This document shows positions 23,556-34,671 of a stretch of DNA of 34,671 nt, one piece after another. The translations under genes and the position numbers were made by a program. A model generated the notes under the pieces. It did no database searches, was not told where the DNA came from, and worked only from the letters and a program-made list of their open reading frames with translations. This DNA is from Catajapyx aquilonaris. Lineage: Eukaryota. The first letter of the stretch is position 1, and each line of letters starts with the position of its first letter. The DNA lies in assembly GCA_000934665.2 (NCBI GenBank), contig KZ538227.1, positions 62,001 through 96,671 of the forward strand, read 5' to 3'.

Positions 23556-25651
23556 CTACCTCTTCGACGGATTTCTCTGGACTCTTTTTTACTCCTTGGA
23601 CTATCCGAGAGGGCCGTCCGACATGATAGCTGCCCCCCTTTGAGTGCATTGTATGGGCATCGTTGCGAGAAAAGGGAGAAACGGACACACGAGAGGAGAA
23701 ACGGTCGGCAGAAGGGGACAAAAGGCTGTGGGGAAAAGAGAAGGGGCAATGGCAGAAAAAGGTCCGCAGTGCGAAAAATCCTTAGGAATCGAATGAAGCT
23801 TCATCTGGCTGCCGGCCAATCGCATTAATGCCTATCTCCCTCTTCGTCTATTCACAAATTATTTCGTGGCGTCGGATACACTTTTCCGCCGTCTATTTCG
23901 AAATATATTTTCTGACCGAAACAACACGTCGGCTGTCACCATGGTGCATTAACCCTTTTTTTGTATCCGCCACCCAAGTTTTAGCGATAACTGTTGCTGG
24001 TACATGTGTCACGGATTATTTGTCTGATCGGAACAATTTATCGAGCAATACTTTTTACAAGTTTATGCTCGTAAATTACAGCGTTATTGTTCATAACACT
24101 TACTGAGTCAGTAAATTCTACTGTTCTGGCAGCAACAGTGGGCGCATATACCATGAATTTAAGCATTCTGTGTAGCACTCACATAGCTGTAATATTATTA
24201 CAAAGCTTCGTTTTGTTCGCACAAATCATTCACGCCTGAGCACAAGGCAGTATATGAACACTGCTTCAATGCGATAATGCAATATTGGCTACTGTCATAT
24301 CCCCATCACTGTACTGCGACTGATGTAAAGATATTAAATTCAGTTTCATATATTCCTGCAAAAGGTTTGCCGCAATATGCGCTCATTACCTGAGCCAATA
24401 ATATTCCTTTGATATATGTCCCACCTGTATAATCTCAATTTCAACACTTCCTCGTTGCATTCATTACCAGATGACACCAAAGATATGCCTTTGATATTTC
24501 CCTGTCAGCTCAGTTTCAACCCTATTGTTGCTAACCTCTGAAAATTACACCGCAAGCTTCATATGCATGTTGGTACTAGTACAAAGAGTCCACAGGTATG
24601 GCCTATCTAAACTGATCGTTATAGCATCCAAAGGACAGCAATGCCGACACGTCGAGCCATTTCCGTTCTTTTGACGAGGCTAACACTGCAACCCGAAAGG
24701 CCCGCTGCAACCATGAATACATCAAGGTGTGTATGCAGGTTATTTATGCGAGCAATGCTCCCGTTGCATAAACGAGTAGGGTAGCCATCAGCTTGAACAA
24801 AATACGAGCATGCAAATGAGGAAGATAACCGCGCGCAGGAAGAAAGAGAAAAAGGTCACGGACTTGACTCCTAGTATTTCCCATATAGTTTTTGTGCGTG
24901 ACTTTTTTGGGACTTTGCCCAGTCCATTTTACTTTTGTCTGTATGCGTCGCGCATGAAATTGCGTAGCTGTGTATCATACAGTCCTAGAAATAGCCTCCC
25001 GAAGGTATACGCGCAATGCCATGTTCATTAATATTAATCTAACCTTCCCAAGCCTAACCCAATTACGGTGTGTTAACCTAACTTGCGGTCTTAACACTTT
25101 TTCGCTCAGTGAGTGGAATCCACTAGTGGGAGAATATATGAAAATATTTTCCACATTTCTATATGTACAGTGACAAATATAATATTAAAGTAATAAGCGA
25201 TATTTCACTTAGACGAACGCATCTTCTCATGCAAATGAGAAAAATTGCGGAATGTAATATAATTTAATCTTTCCACTTAATATTCTGCATTATCTGCTGA
25301 AACATTTGCATTTTCCATATGGTCCGCTTGTTTTCCACATATTAAGTGGAACAGTTTAAGCGTATTATCATGTAGGGAAAATGTGCAGATTCCACTATTT
25401 GTTTCCCACAATTTTCCGTGGAGATTATGTTGTCAGAGGTGTGGGTATCACAAAAACGTACCTGCACATGACGTTTCTTTGTGGCCTGTTCGTTTCTCCC
25501 CTTACATCAACGTAGGGTTGGAGCATATAATTCCATTAACTGCTTCTGACACGATTCTGCCGTTAGTGCGTTTTGCCGTTTTCGTTGGCGCCATAGATAT
25601 AAAAGGGCGTAAAAAATAAAATGAGGTTTTAACAGGGCGTTATCGGAGGCC

Positions 25652-25676
25652 AGACGATCCTATAGGATCGTCTAGT
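25652..25676 (+). mobile_element. 22-bp perfect palindrome ending in CTAG-T; Helitron-like 3' terminus
   Basis: AGACGATCCTATAGGATCGTCT is its own reverse complement and overlaps CTAGT (25672-25676). The palindrome is certain; the Helitron assignment is inference. Confidence 0.45.
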
Positions 25677-28600
25677 TAGGCCCATAAACAGCTTCTCTCA
25701 AAGCTCTTCTCCCCCCTTGAGGTTCTGATGGATATTGAACTGTTGTTGCCCACATTGCTTCAGCTCGTTACTACAAAATTCAAGCAAGGCAAACAAAGGA
25801 GCGAGAGCAGACCCCGCCAACTGTGAGTAACTCGACAAAGAAGTTCGGTTTGTATGCAGCAGCTGGCTGGAAACAGACCCAAGTAGTCTATGTCGGCACA
25901 ATTATCCGCTCATTTCAGCAAGTGCGGCGGACAGTACTTGTAATGAATTTCTTTTGGGTCCTACTTTTCCCATATATCCCGAAGTACGAAAGATAAAGGC
26001 ATTTCCCTCTTGACTCTAATCGTGACTTACACAACGGTAATTAAATGTGTCATGCCTCGGGAGGCTTGTTTGTGCTTCGTTTAGTTTCGTGTTTGCACCC
26101 TCGGAATTTTAAAGGATTTTGCTTCATTGCACTTTGTCTGGTGCAAGTTTCGTGCATTTCAGAGTATATACAGTGTGTGTGTGGAGAGCTGTGCCTAATG
26201 CTGTTCAAAGAACTTTCGCACGGCCTAGCATTCTGCTTCATGGTTTTGGGTTTCCTTTAAATGTGGCGCCATTAACATGTTAAATCCGATACGAGTAATT
26301 GCACAGGCCCATCATCTGTGACTGAATTTAGTTACATTATTATCCATATAGCGTTGAAAATCAAATATTATGCTGTTCTTACAAAACTGCGGCATCAAGT
26401 ATGGTACAATCCCATGATGATTTTATCAACATGAAAATGTTAGCAGCTTAACTAATCAAGATGGAGAAAATGTCTAATTTAGTACCATATTACCATTTTA
26501 TTCAAGTATGATTATTCTGGGCGCATAAAGGCTAAATCAAAGGTTACAAATTGAAATTAAATTGCTCCAAAACCCAATTTTGAACACATTTTTCGCCGAT
26601 TTTACCATCCCCAACGCCTCACCCTCTTTGAAGCCTTCATCATAAGCTAATTTATCACATTTCTCAAAGCAAAGAAAGATTACTTATTAAACACTACATG
26701 CTCCTGTTTTTCAAATCTATGTGCCTGTCAATTTTGAATCCCTCGAATTAATATTCAATATACTCGTACGTTTAATATGGAGATAACTGTAAGCATAAGT
26801 GGCAAATCACTTGCAGAAGCCTGATCCCCCAACTCGCTTCATGTTGAGGTAGGCAAATGAGCCATAAAGCGGGTCTGCGGGCACAGAGGTCAGTCGCGGA
26901 CTACAAAGAAGCCGTCCCCGGAGTGCCGGATCACATTCCCAACGCAAGGTAGATTCAGGTTCCACTTTAGTGCCTTTTTGGTGCCAACATATTAGACGCG
27001 TGCCTGACTTTACCTTCCAGCATCCTGTAATGGTCCAGAAGCGCACTTTGCAGCCCATCTCCGGCATTCATTAACCAATTTCCCCTCCTAACCACCAGCC
27101 TCTTCCTGTTCCTCACGTGGATTCTGTCCCACTTGCTCACAACTCCATCAGAATGCAACCAAGCGACTAATCCAATCTGCTGCTGCCTCCGCCCTCGCTC
27201 CCCGCAACCTATTATGCGAATCTGCCGCGATGCGTGTGCACACACATCCAGCCGCACCATCCAGCATCTCTCTTTGGCTGGACCAGCTGCCCCATACCAC
27301 TCTACCACGGGGGGGTGTCCTCTAATCCACGCCAGCTCCGCCAATTTATGTTGGCATTACAGTTGGGGTTTTTTTTACCCCGGACTAAAGCCCCCACCTG
27401 TTTTTTTTCGGAATGTGTCAGCTTTCAATCAGGGAGAATTCATTTCATTCAGAATTGCGGTTTTTTTGGGGGCAAATTGGGGGATGCCCTTTGTTGGGGG
27501 ACGTCGATTGTTGCTTGCAATTTAATTTTAGGGAGGATTTATTTTCATGTCGTTTTCAATAAAGCTGTGCGAAACGACGGGGTGCGGTCGACACCTGTTC
27601 AGTGACCTATCGCATTAACCTTGTTGTTTCGTGTCAGAGACGTAAGTCTCTCAGCTGGATGCCTGTGGTTGCGGAAGTGGGTGTCGCATTTGTGTGTCCG
27701 GCAATATGGTGCGGTCACTGTGGCACTGGACAGACGTACCCACAATATCACTCAATTTGTATCAATACATTATGAATACAAATTAAATCATTAAATTTCA
27801 AGACACGTATTATTATCACAGACATAAATATTTGCGTCATTCTTTGCATGCTGAGCCTTGCGGACTGTTTGTGCAAAACAAACTGCTGTAGTTTGCACGC
27901 AAATAGTCACTCTGGGACTAAAAGGCAGCTTTTCTGTTGGCGGATGTTACAGTATACGTCGTGTATTATCATGAATTGTGAATAACTAGACAGTATCCTA
28001 AATGCCGAGTTTTGTTCAACCGAGTAATATGTCGTCATTCTCTACATTTTAATGAAATATTGACTTTTTCTCCCATTGTTTTATTCAGCAGCGAATAGGC
28101 ATGGGATTCGTAACAGACTTCTGCTGGGCAACGTAAAGAATGATACTGTATATTGTGACCTGGAGAAATGCTATATGATAGCCACTGTATGGCGACAGAC
28201 ACGTCTCAAGATCTCAAACTTTGTTATTGTCAAACTTTATAAGAAATATGCGAATTCGTCCGGGCTTAAAATAAAAGTTTCCAGACAGTCGAATACACTT
28301 CAAGTTTCAAGAAAAAAAGAACATGTCCTTCGGATACGATAAGTTTTTCTGTCATTGTTTCTCAAGCTTCAAGCGCGGAATTTTCAACAGCTTTTATACG
28401 CAGGATGACAGGAGTTAAGTTTCATTTTCTGGATGGGAACGTACAGTGCACGTCTCAAATGTCGCACTCTGGTCGTTTACCCCAGCACACAAGTCATTTT
28501 GAGGAAATAAAACGGTCAAGAATTTCGATACCCAACACCGATCCTAGTCTTCAGTAAAATATTGGGAATATGTTAACTAATTAACAAATTCATCACAGTT

Positions 28601-29108
28601 CCTAATGTCATTAAAAATTGAGGGAAATACACTTGGCGTAAAATCATTCGACAGGTAATTTTCATATGGGATTGTTCCCTAACAATATTAGCAACCTTAG
28701 ACTCAGTTTTGATAAATCCGCTATACGCTCGATTAGTATCCGCTTTAAAAAAACTGAAATACAAGCTGAATTTGACAACTTCATTAAACAGCTTATCAAT
28801 CACCCTAATCAACCTGCACACACGTATTAAAAATAAATCAATGTCCTTAAAACTAATTAAAATTTCCTCAACTCACAGAATAACCCCCAAAATTCTCCGC
28901 ATACCCTACCTGTCCGATGCAAGTCCTGTCCACAATCACCCTTCCTGATCCAATGGGACCCGCGCACTAACTACCAAATGTCGCCAATATTGGAATCTCA
29001 AATGTGAACGTCCCCCTGTTATAGGCAGTCAGAGAAGCCCGATCAGTCCCGCACCCGCTTGGCGAATGCCCGCCAAAGCTCTTCCTTTCCCTTTGGACCC
29101 ACACACAC

Positions 29109-29225
29109 AGCCCAAGCCCCCAGCCCAGCCAGCCATCCAGCCAGGCAGGCAGGCAACCCACCAGACAACCAACCAGCCAACTGCAACTCAGCATCCCTGC
29201 CTGCCCTACAACCCCCAACCCCCAG
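29109..29225. repeat. Degenerate C/A-rich tetranucleotide low-complexity tract (CCAG/GCAG/CCAA)
   Basis: cagcccagccagccatccagccaggcaggcaggcaacccaccagacaaccaaccagccaa... Confidence 0.7.
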
Positions 29226-32200
29226 ATCCTGCATATCCACGCGCGCACGTCCTGCTCTAAGGTTCCACTGCTTGGCCCTTTCGGCATCATTTCAGCAAAA
29301 GGAAGAGGTGACAATGTGGGGGGAGTGGGGAAAATTTTTTAATTGGGGTTCAAAAACATGTTGATGAGGTTCAAACTCTGGCTGGCTGGAAGTTAGAGAC
29401 ATTATGAAGCACATGGAGACAATGAGTGTCAGCACCAACAAATATCTAGGTTGCGTCAGTTTAGTAATGTGAATGTAACATGTTCATAAATTAAAGTGCT
29501 AACAAACGCAGTAAAACTATGTAAACACGTTTAGGTTCATTGTACTGTACACTACTATACATATAGACCCATGTCATATTGAAGTCAATTTTATAGCCAA
29601 ATATTGCAGTCCATTTTTCTAACAATTTTAATGCTGCTGTAGAACACATGCCAGTTAAATATACTAGCCACTTTTTGACACTAACCCGCTTATTTGCGTG
29701 GCTACTTTGGACAGTGATATTAGCTGATTACATTAGGTCCTATTGAAAACATAATATATGATGAGTGGCTTCACAGCCTCGGAATGCTTTCTATAGTCCT
29801 AGAGAGAAAATTCAGGATTCAAAATGTGTGCCACATGAAGCAACTAGCTCTGGTTTTTTATTATTTTCTCACATTGGGTACACAGGGTAGAAAGTTCTGG
29901 TGCATATTATTACAATTTAATTACCGGAAATGTTGATTGATGTAAGTTTATAACTTGATTAATGTATAACTTAATAATATATGCGGTAGACCTACATGAC
30001 AGCTACATACTTTCACTGCCATGCTAACAAAGCTTTGTGAATACCCAATAAGATGACACTGGTAAAAAAAACATCGAGGTTTTATGAAGCTACCCACTAA
30101 CGACACCATCACAGCAGTTTACCATCACTACTGAACTATAGATGGAGAAAATTCGGAAAATTTCCAAGCGTATCAGTGGGATTCCCTTTGACGTAGGTTT
30201 GGCATTCTCTGTTGGTATCCAGAAAACGAGAATTACGAGTATGTGAAGAAGTGGCCACACTATGTGGCACTTTTGACACATACCACCGCATTAGATCGGC
30301 AAAAACTTGAATCAACATACCCATATTTTTACCACACACTATAGCTAGAGCTGTCTGTTGTCCCTACCATATCAAATAGGTTCTTCTAATGAGGCCTTTT
30401 CACGGGTTATAGATTTCTGACTTATGTTATCAGAAGTATGTCTACATGCCTTTCCTTTTTCAAGTCAAAAAACCAACAAGATGTTGAAAAAAATCGTCCT
30501 TGGTTACCCCACAAGTTATAACATCCAAATCCCGATCATCCCCCATAAATATAGCTATATGCAGCTGTTGTCCCGGACAGGTGGATGAGACTCTGGCTGG
30601 CTAAAGGTTGCGAGAAAACATGGTCGTTGCCCCGGGTACGGCACACAAGTGGCCCTTTTGCGTTGTCGTGCTGTGCAGGCGAGACAATTTGCAGGCGGGC
30701 GGCTGCAGTTTCCAAGGCGACCAGACAGGGGCGCTCGAAAGGAGGACAAAATGGCCTCTGGGTTGGTTGCTGAACCTCGGATCACTAACACCTGAGAACC
30801 TTCTCATCCTCCTCCTGACATTTATCGCCTTTAAATCACTCCGCACCCAATTGCTGGCGCTGCTTTATTGGCCCAAAAATGCACTCTTTCGCATCCTCCC
30901 CTCCCGTCCGCCTCTAGTTTATACCCCAAAGTTAGTAGTTTTGCTTCCACCAACCCCTTCAACCAAATTGCAATTTGCCTTTCTCTACCGCTTCCTCAAT
31001 TATTCAGCTCTCAAAGTCCCCCCCTTTTTTTATCCCTTTTAGTCCGGATATGGAATGGGCGGACATTATTTATAGGTGAATGGGTCCTTTAAAAAACTAG
31101 CCTTAATGATACGCAAAACATATTATTACTTTTGACAAATGTGTGATTTACGATGGGACGGATGAAATGTGCAACATCTCGTAAACTGTTCGTTATGTGC
31201 AATGTCAGTAAATGTACTTTTACGAAGCAAGGAAGCGTGAAACATAGGGTCAACAAGGAGATATATGTAAGTCAGCATTGTACAGAGATATTATTACAAT
31301 CATGCTATGATAATCTCTTCACTCTACCAATTCAGATAGCGTGACAGAATCCCTTATTAGCAACCCGTCAAGTAAGTTAATGCATAAACGAGCAGATTTA
31401 CTGGAGCAGAAAGAATAACTTTTGACCAGACGTATCCTGAGGCGATATGGTACATCACTCTCCCAAAATAAAGTCTATTACGTGAAAAAATACAATGATA
31501 TTGATGGTTGTATTACACCAGGATACATCTGGCCAAAGCTAGTTTTGTCAGATATAGTAGGCTACACACAGTGTGTGAAGTACAAACTGTTGTTATACGT
31601 ACTGTACATGTTCGGTTCAACTCGAAGCAGAGATCAGCCCATCCCATGCTCGAATGGGAACTTTCCATTCCCACCAAACATTTGAACTGTCAGTTAAAAG
31701 CTAACTGTAGCTTGGCTCTGAATAAGCAATACTGCGTGCCAATCAGTTAATTAGTGGTTAACCGTAAAATTCCACCGTTTAAGGTACGCAACCGCACGGT
31801 TAGGTACAGTAAGCAGTACACTATGTGGATGGGAGAAGGTGGAATAAATAACTAAACAGCAAGTTTTCCATGTCAATTACCCTTTCCATTTTAAAACTAC
31901 AGGGCAGGGGCCCACTTTGAAAACCGAATCCGGCAACCAACATTCGCCTTGATTGGACCCAATTTTATGTAACCCCGTGGCTCTAACCAACAAAAAACTT
32001 AACCACAATATTAGGGAGGTTAATGTAAACCTAGCAATACTGTATGACCAAAGATGTACTCCCCGGAGGGTGTCGGTAATTAAAGTCATTACATTCTGTA
32101 ATTAACCTCTTTTTTGTTATCCCTCATGTAAGCCTGAGACTGTACAGTGAAATTCTATAGAATATTATATCTGTATCATGATGAGGTGGAACGAAACCTA

Positions 32201-32894
32201 CAAAGCGGCTCATGTGTTTGTATTATGGGCTGGTAAAATAAATATGCTTTATCGCCGCAAACAATATAATATATTATATAACCCACCGCAATTTGAATTT
32301 TTAAAATACTTTCAATATTACAGTATGCTGGAATCTTGCAAACATGCCACTCGCAACATACGGAGTTTCCCATTTAGCAATATGTAGAACTTGTGCTCTG
32401 TACAGTTTGATGCACTGACCAAGTCATAAAGGTAATAATGGGAAGGAAATTTGCTCACTCCAGCAACAATTTTAAAGAAAAAAAACAGCGATCAAAAATC
32501 ATCTTCTCTGGCTGCGAGACATTTCCATTTGTGTCACCCACTTTCAAGCTCAGATATGTAAATTTATGTGATTCAATTAAGATGACAGGCTCCTGCATAT
32601 TTTGAGCCACTATTTTGATTCTAAATCCCAGAAGGCAGGCTCCCCTTGCACAAACAATACAGTACAGTGTCTGAAACCTTTATTCCCCAGGCTGCTGAAA
32701 CAAGCACGCGCCTTTTGCTATTCATGCAAGGCTGATCAAAGGTGAATGTAAGCATCAGGCAATAAGGTGTTGGCAGGCAAGAGGTCTGAGGGTCAAGAGT
32801 GATTCCAGCAAGAAACAAGCACGCAGACGAAACAAACACGAGCAGCGTCTTCTCCCTCAGCTCGTCAACATCTTTTACGACCAACGTTAATTCC

Positions 32895-33085
32895 ACCAAC
32901 GGTTTCCGGTTTACCAGCAAGACAAGGGCACGCCACGGTGTGTATACACACAGGGTGTTGACCAACCTTCGTTGTTTGTACGTATAAGCATTCTGATTGG
33001 TCGCGGCCGCATATTGTTGTTACCGCGACGTTATTGGCCGCTGTTCCGCACATGCGCAATGGGTGGAGTAACTCCTCAGTCGTTT
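32895..33085. promoter_or_regulatory. Candidate promoter-like motif cluster
   Basis: CpG-rich patch with two ATTGG (CCAAT-box) motifs at 32996 and 33033, NRF1/EWG-like GCACATGCGCA at 33048-33058, ETS-like TTCCGG near 32904 and Inr-like TCAGTC at 33076-33081. It could instead be the interior of a transposon. Confidence 0.3.
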
Positions 33086-33676
33086 GCTGGAGGTCGACCA
33101 GTGCACATCCCATCTCCCGTAACACCACGTTATTATACTATTATTATTATATTCTATAAAAGGCAAAGTTTGTTTGTCACAATAATTTTTGTGTAGCATG
33201 TTGTGTCAGATGCTGCTACTGTAGTTGTCTCCAAAGCCTCCTTTTGGTGTATATCTGGCCTCTCCAGGCGTGCAGCCAATCGTCGCTTCCATTCACACGA
33301 TTCACACTCTCTCTTTTCTCCTCCCTGACTCTCTCTCACTTCCTTATCCGACCGCTCAAAGAGCCACCTCCGGACGATATCAAACGTGCTGGAAATGAAA
33401 TTTTCCCTCGGCCCCCGTAATCTGAAACGACTACGGCGATGATGCTACTGATGTAATGGCCCCTCACTTCCTCTCATCTTTCAACCCAACATCCACCCTC
33501 GATTGGATTTCAATCGAATTCCTGTCGGTGGCTTACAGTCCAGGAGAGAGAAAAAAAACTAGCTGGTTGGACCATATTCAGGTTAAGTTGCTATAATATA
33601 GATCACGGTTACATTTCACTCACACACATATACAAAATCAGCTTTTCTGTTGGAAACTTTGTATTTCAATTTTCAG

Positions 33677-34053
33677 GGATTAAAGTGGAGTGGCCATTGT
33701 GAGAAGAGCTTCCTTCCAGCCAGAAATGGTAGGTTAAGTTGGCCAGTCGGTCTGTCACTGTCAGAAGAAGCTGCCTCTTTTGGCGGGTGAAATTGCCTGC
33801 CAAGTTGGACGACCTCTCTTGGTATCAACCGCACCAACTTTTGTTCCAGATGACACCCTGTTGGCACCCACCAAAAGTGTTATTCTTTCCAAGCAATTTC
33901 GGGAGGACTGTGCTTCTGGAGCGTCAAATCATTGGTTTTGAAGTAATCGCAGAGAATTATTTTGAATCGCGTCCAGATCTTCTCGGACACTGCTGTCTGC
34001 CAAGTCGTGGATGGGCAATCTAGTCGCGAATTGTATCAGATGGGAAAATTAAA
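33677..34053 (+). other. Candidate plus-strand exon (mostly non-coding, possible start codon at 34040)
   Basis: Acceptor tttgtatttcaattttcAG|G (33675-33676) and donor AAA|GTAAGC (34054) bracket a GC-richer 377-nt block with stops in all three frames. ATG GGA AAA TTA AA runs into the donor. Confidence 0.3.
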
Positions 34054-34082
34054 GTAAGCATTTCCCCACACAGCTCTCTCAA

Positions 34083-34160
<78 letters not shown>
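34083..34160. repeat. (ATT)26 microsatellite
   Basis: Perfect 78-bp trinucleotide run. Confidence 0.97.
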
Positions 34161-34671
34161 GGGGAAAAGCTCCTTATTACTGTATTTGAATTTTAGTTGC
34201 TGACAAAAAATATTAAATTCCGAACATAAATGACTAGTTACGTAAATCCACAAGTTTCGATCCATTGTTAATTCATACAACGCGTTTGCTTTAGAAATGA
34301 TGACTTTAGAGGAGAGAGCTGCATGAACAATTCAGCGAGGGACTGCAGTTTGTAATGAGTCCGTGTTTATTAGGGGCGCGTTCACCTGATGCGGAATAGA
34401 TGTGCAACATGATCTGAATACATCAGTGCGTTCTGAGATCAATTCCTGCTCAATCCCAACCAGCAAATAACAAGGTCGATTTACATTGCGCACCAAGCTT
34501 CTGCTGTATTGTGGCCTGTCCCTGAGCCGCTGGACAATTCATCTCCATGGCGGTCGGCCTCGTAATGTGCGACTTAATTAAAATGCAAACCTCGTTATTA
34601 AAGTCTCCCACAGTTACGAAGAAAATATTCCGTTTATAACAGGAATGATAAGTTGCCACGACTGCGGAATG

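Noticed and set aside
23296..23749. ORFs with IEQDR / RSCSIL repeats, and a CRISPR-like appearance of the repeat
   Set aside because: They are translations of a head-to-tail 10-bp minisatellite; there are no spacers or cas genes and the context is eukaryotic.
30608..31042. 144-aa hydrophobic plus-strand ORF
   Set aside because: Non-ATG start; the hydrophobicity arises from a pyrimidine-rich tract, and there is no recognisable domain.
34020..34280. ORF with poly-Asn
   Set aside because: Translation of the (ATT)26 microsatellite.

Overview
AT-rich, repeat-littered eukaryotic genomic DNA, probably from an arthropod (inferred from SINE and repeat style; the species cannot be fixed from sequence alone). 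One protein-coding gene is well supported: a spliced minus-strand gene encoding a signal-peptide + atypical CUB + EGF-repeat extracellular protein. Three phase-compatible coding exons (3529-3224, 1923-1631, 1222-1112) give about 236 aa, and the gene probably continues past the left edge. The remaining ~30 kb is 5'-UTR intron or intergenic DNA. It holds a tRNA-derived SINE with two tails inside one 16-bp target-site duplication, a small inverted-repeat (MITE-like) element, heavily decayed Tc1/mariner-like transposase and non-LTR reverse-transcriptase relics, Helitron-like ends, micro/minisatellites, and a possible promoter plus plus-strand exon near 33-34 kb. Most ORFs in the supplied track look spurious. 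The most unusual observations are a 228-codon alternative-frame ORF open across all three spliced exons of the CUB-EGF gene and the composite SINE. I see no firm evidence of a wholly new multi-gene system.
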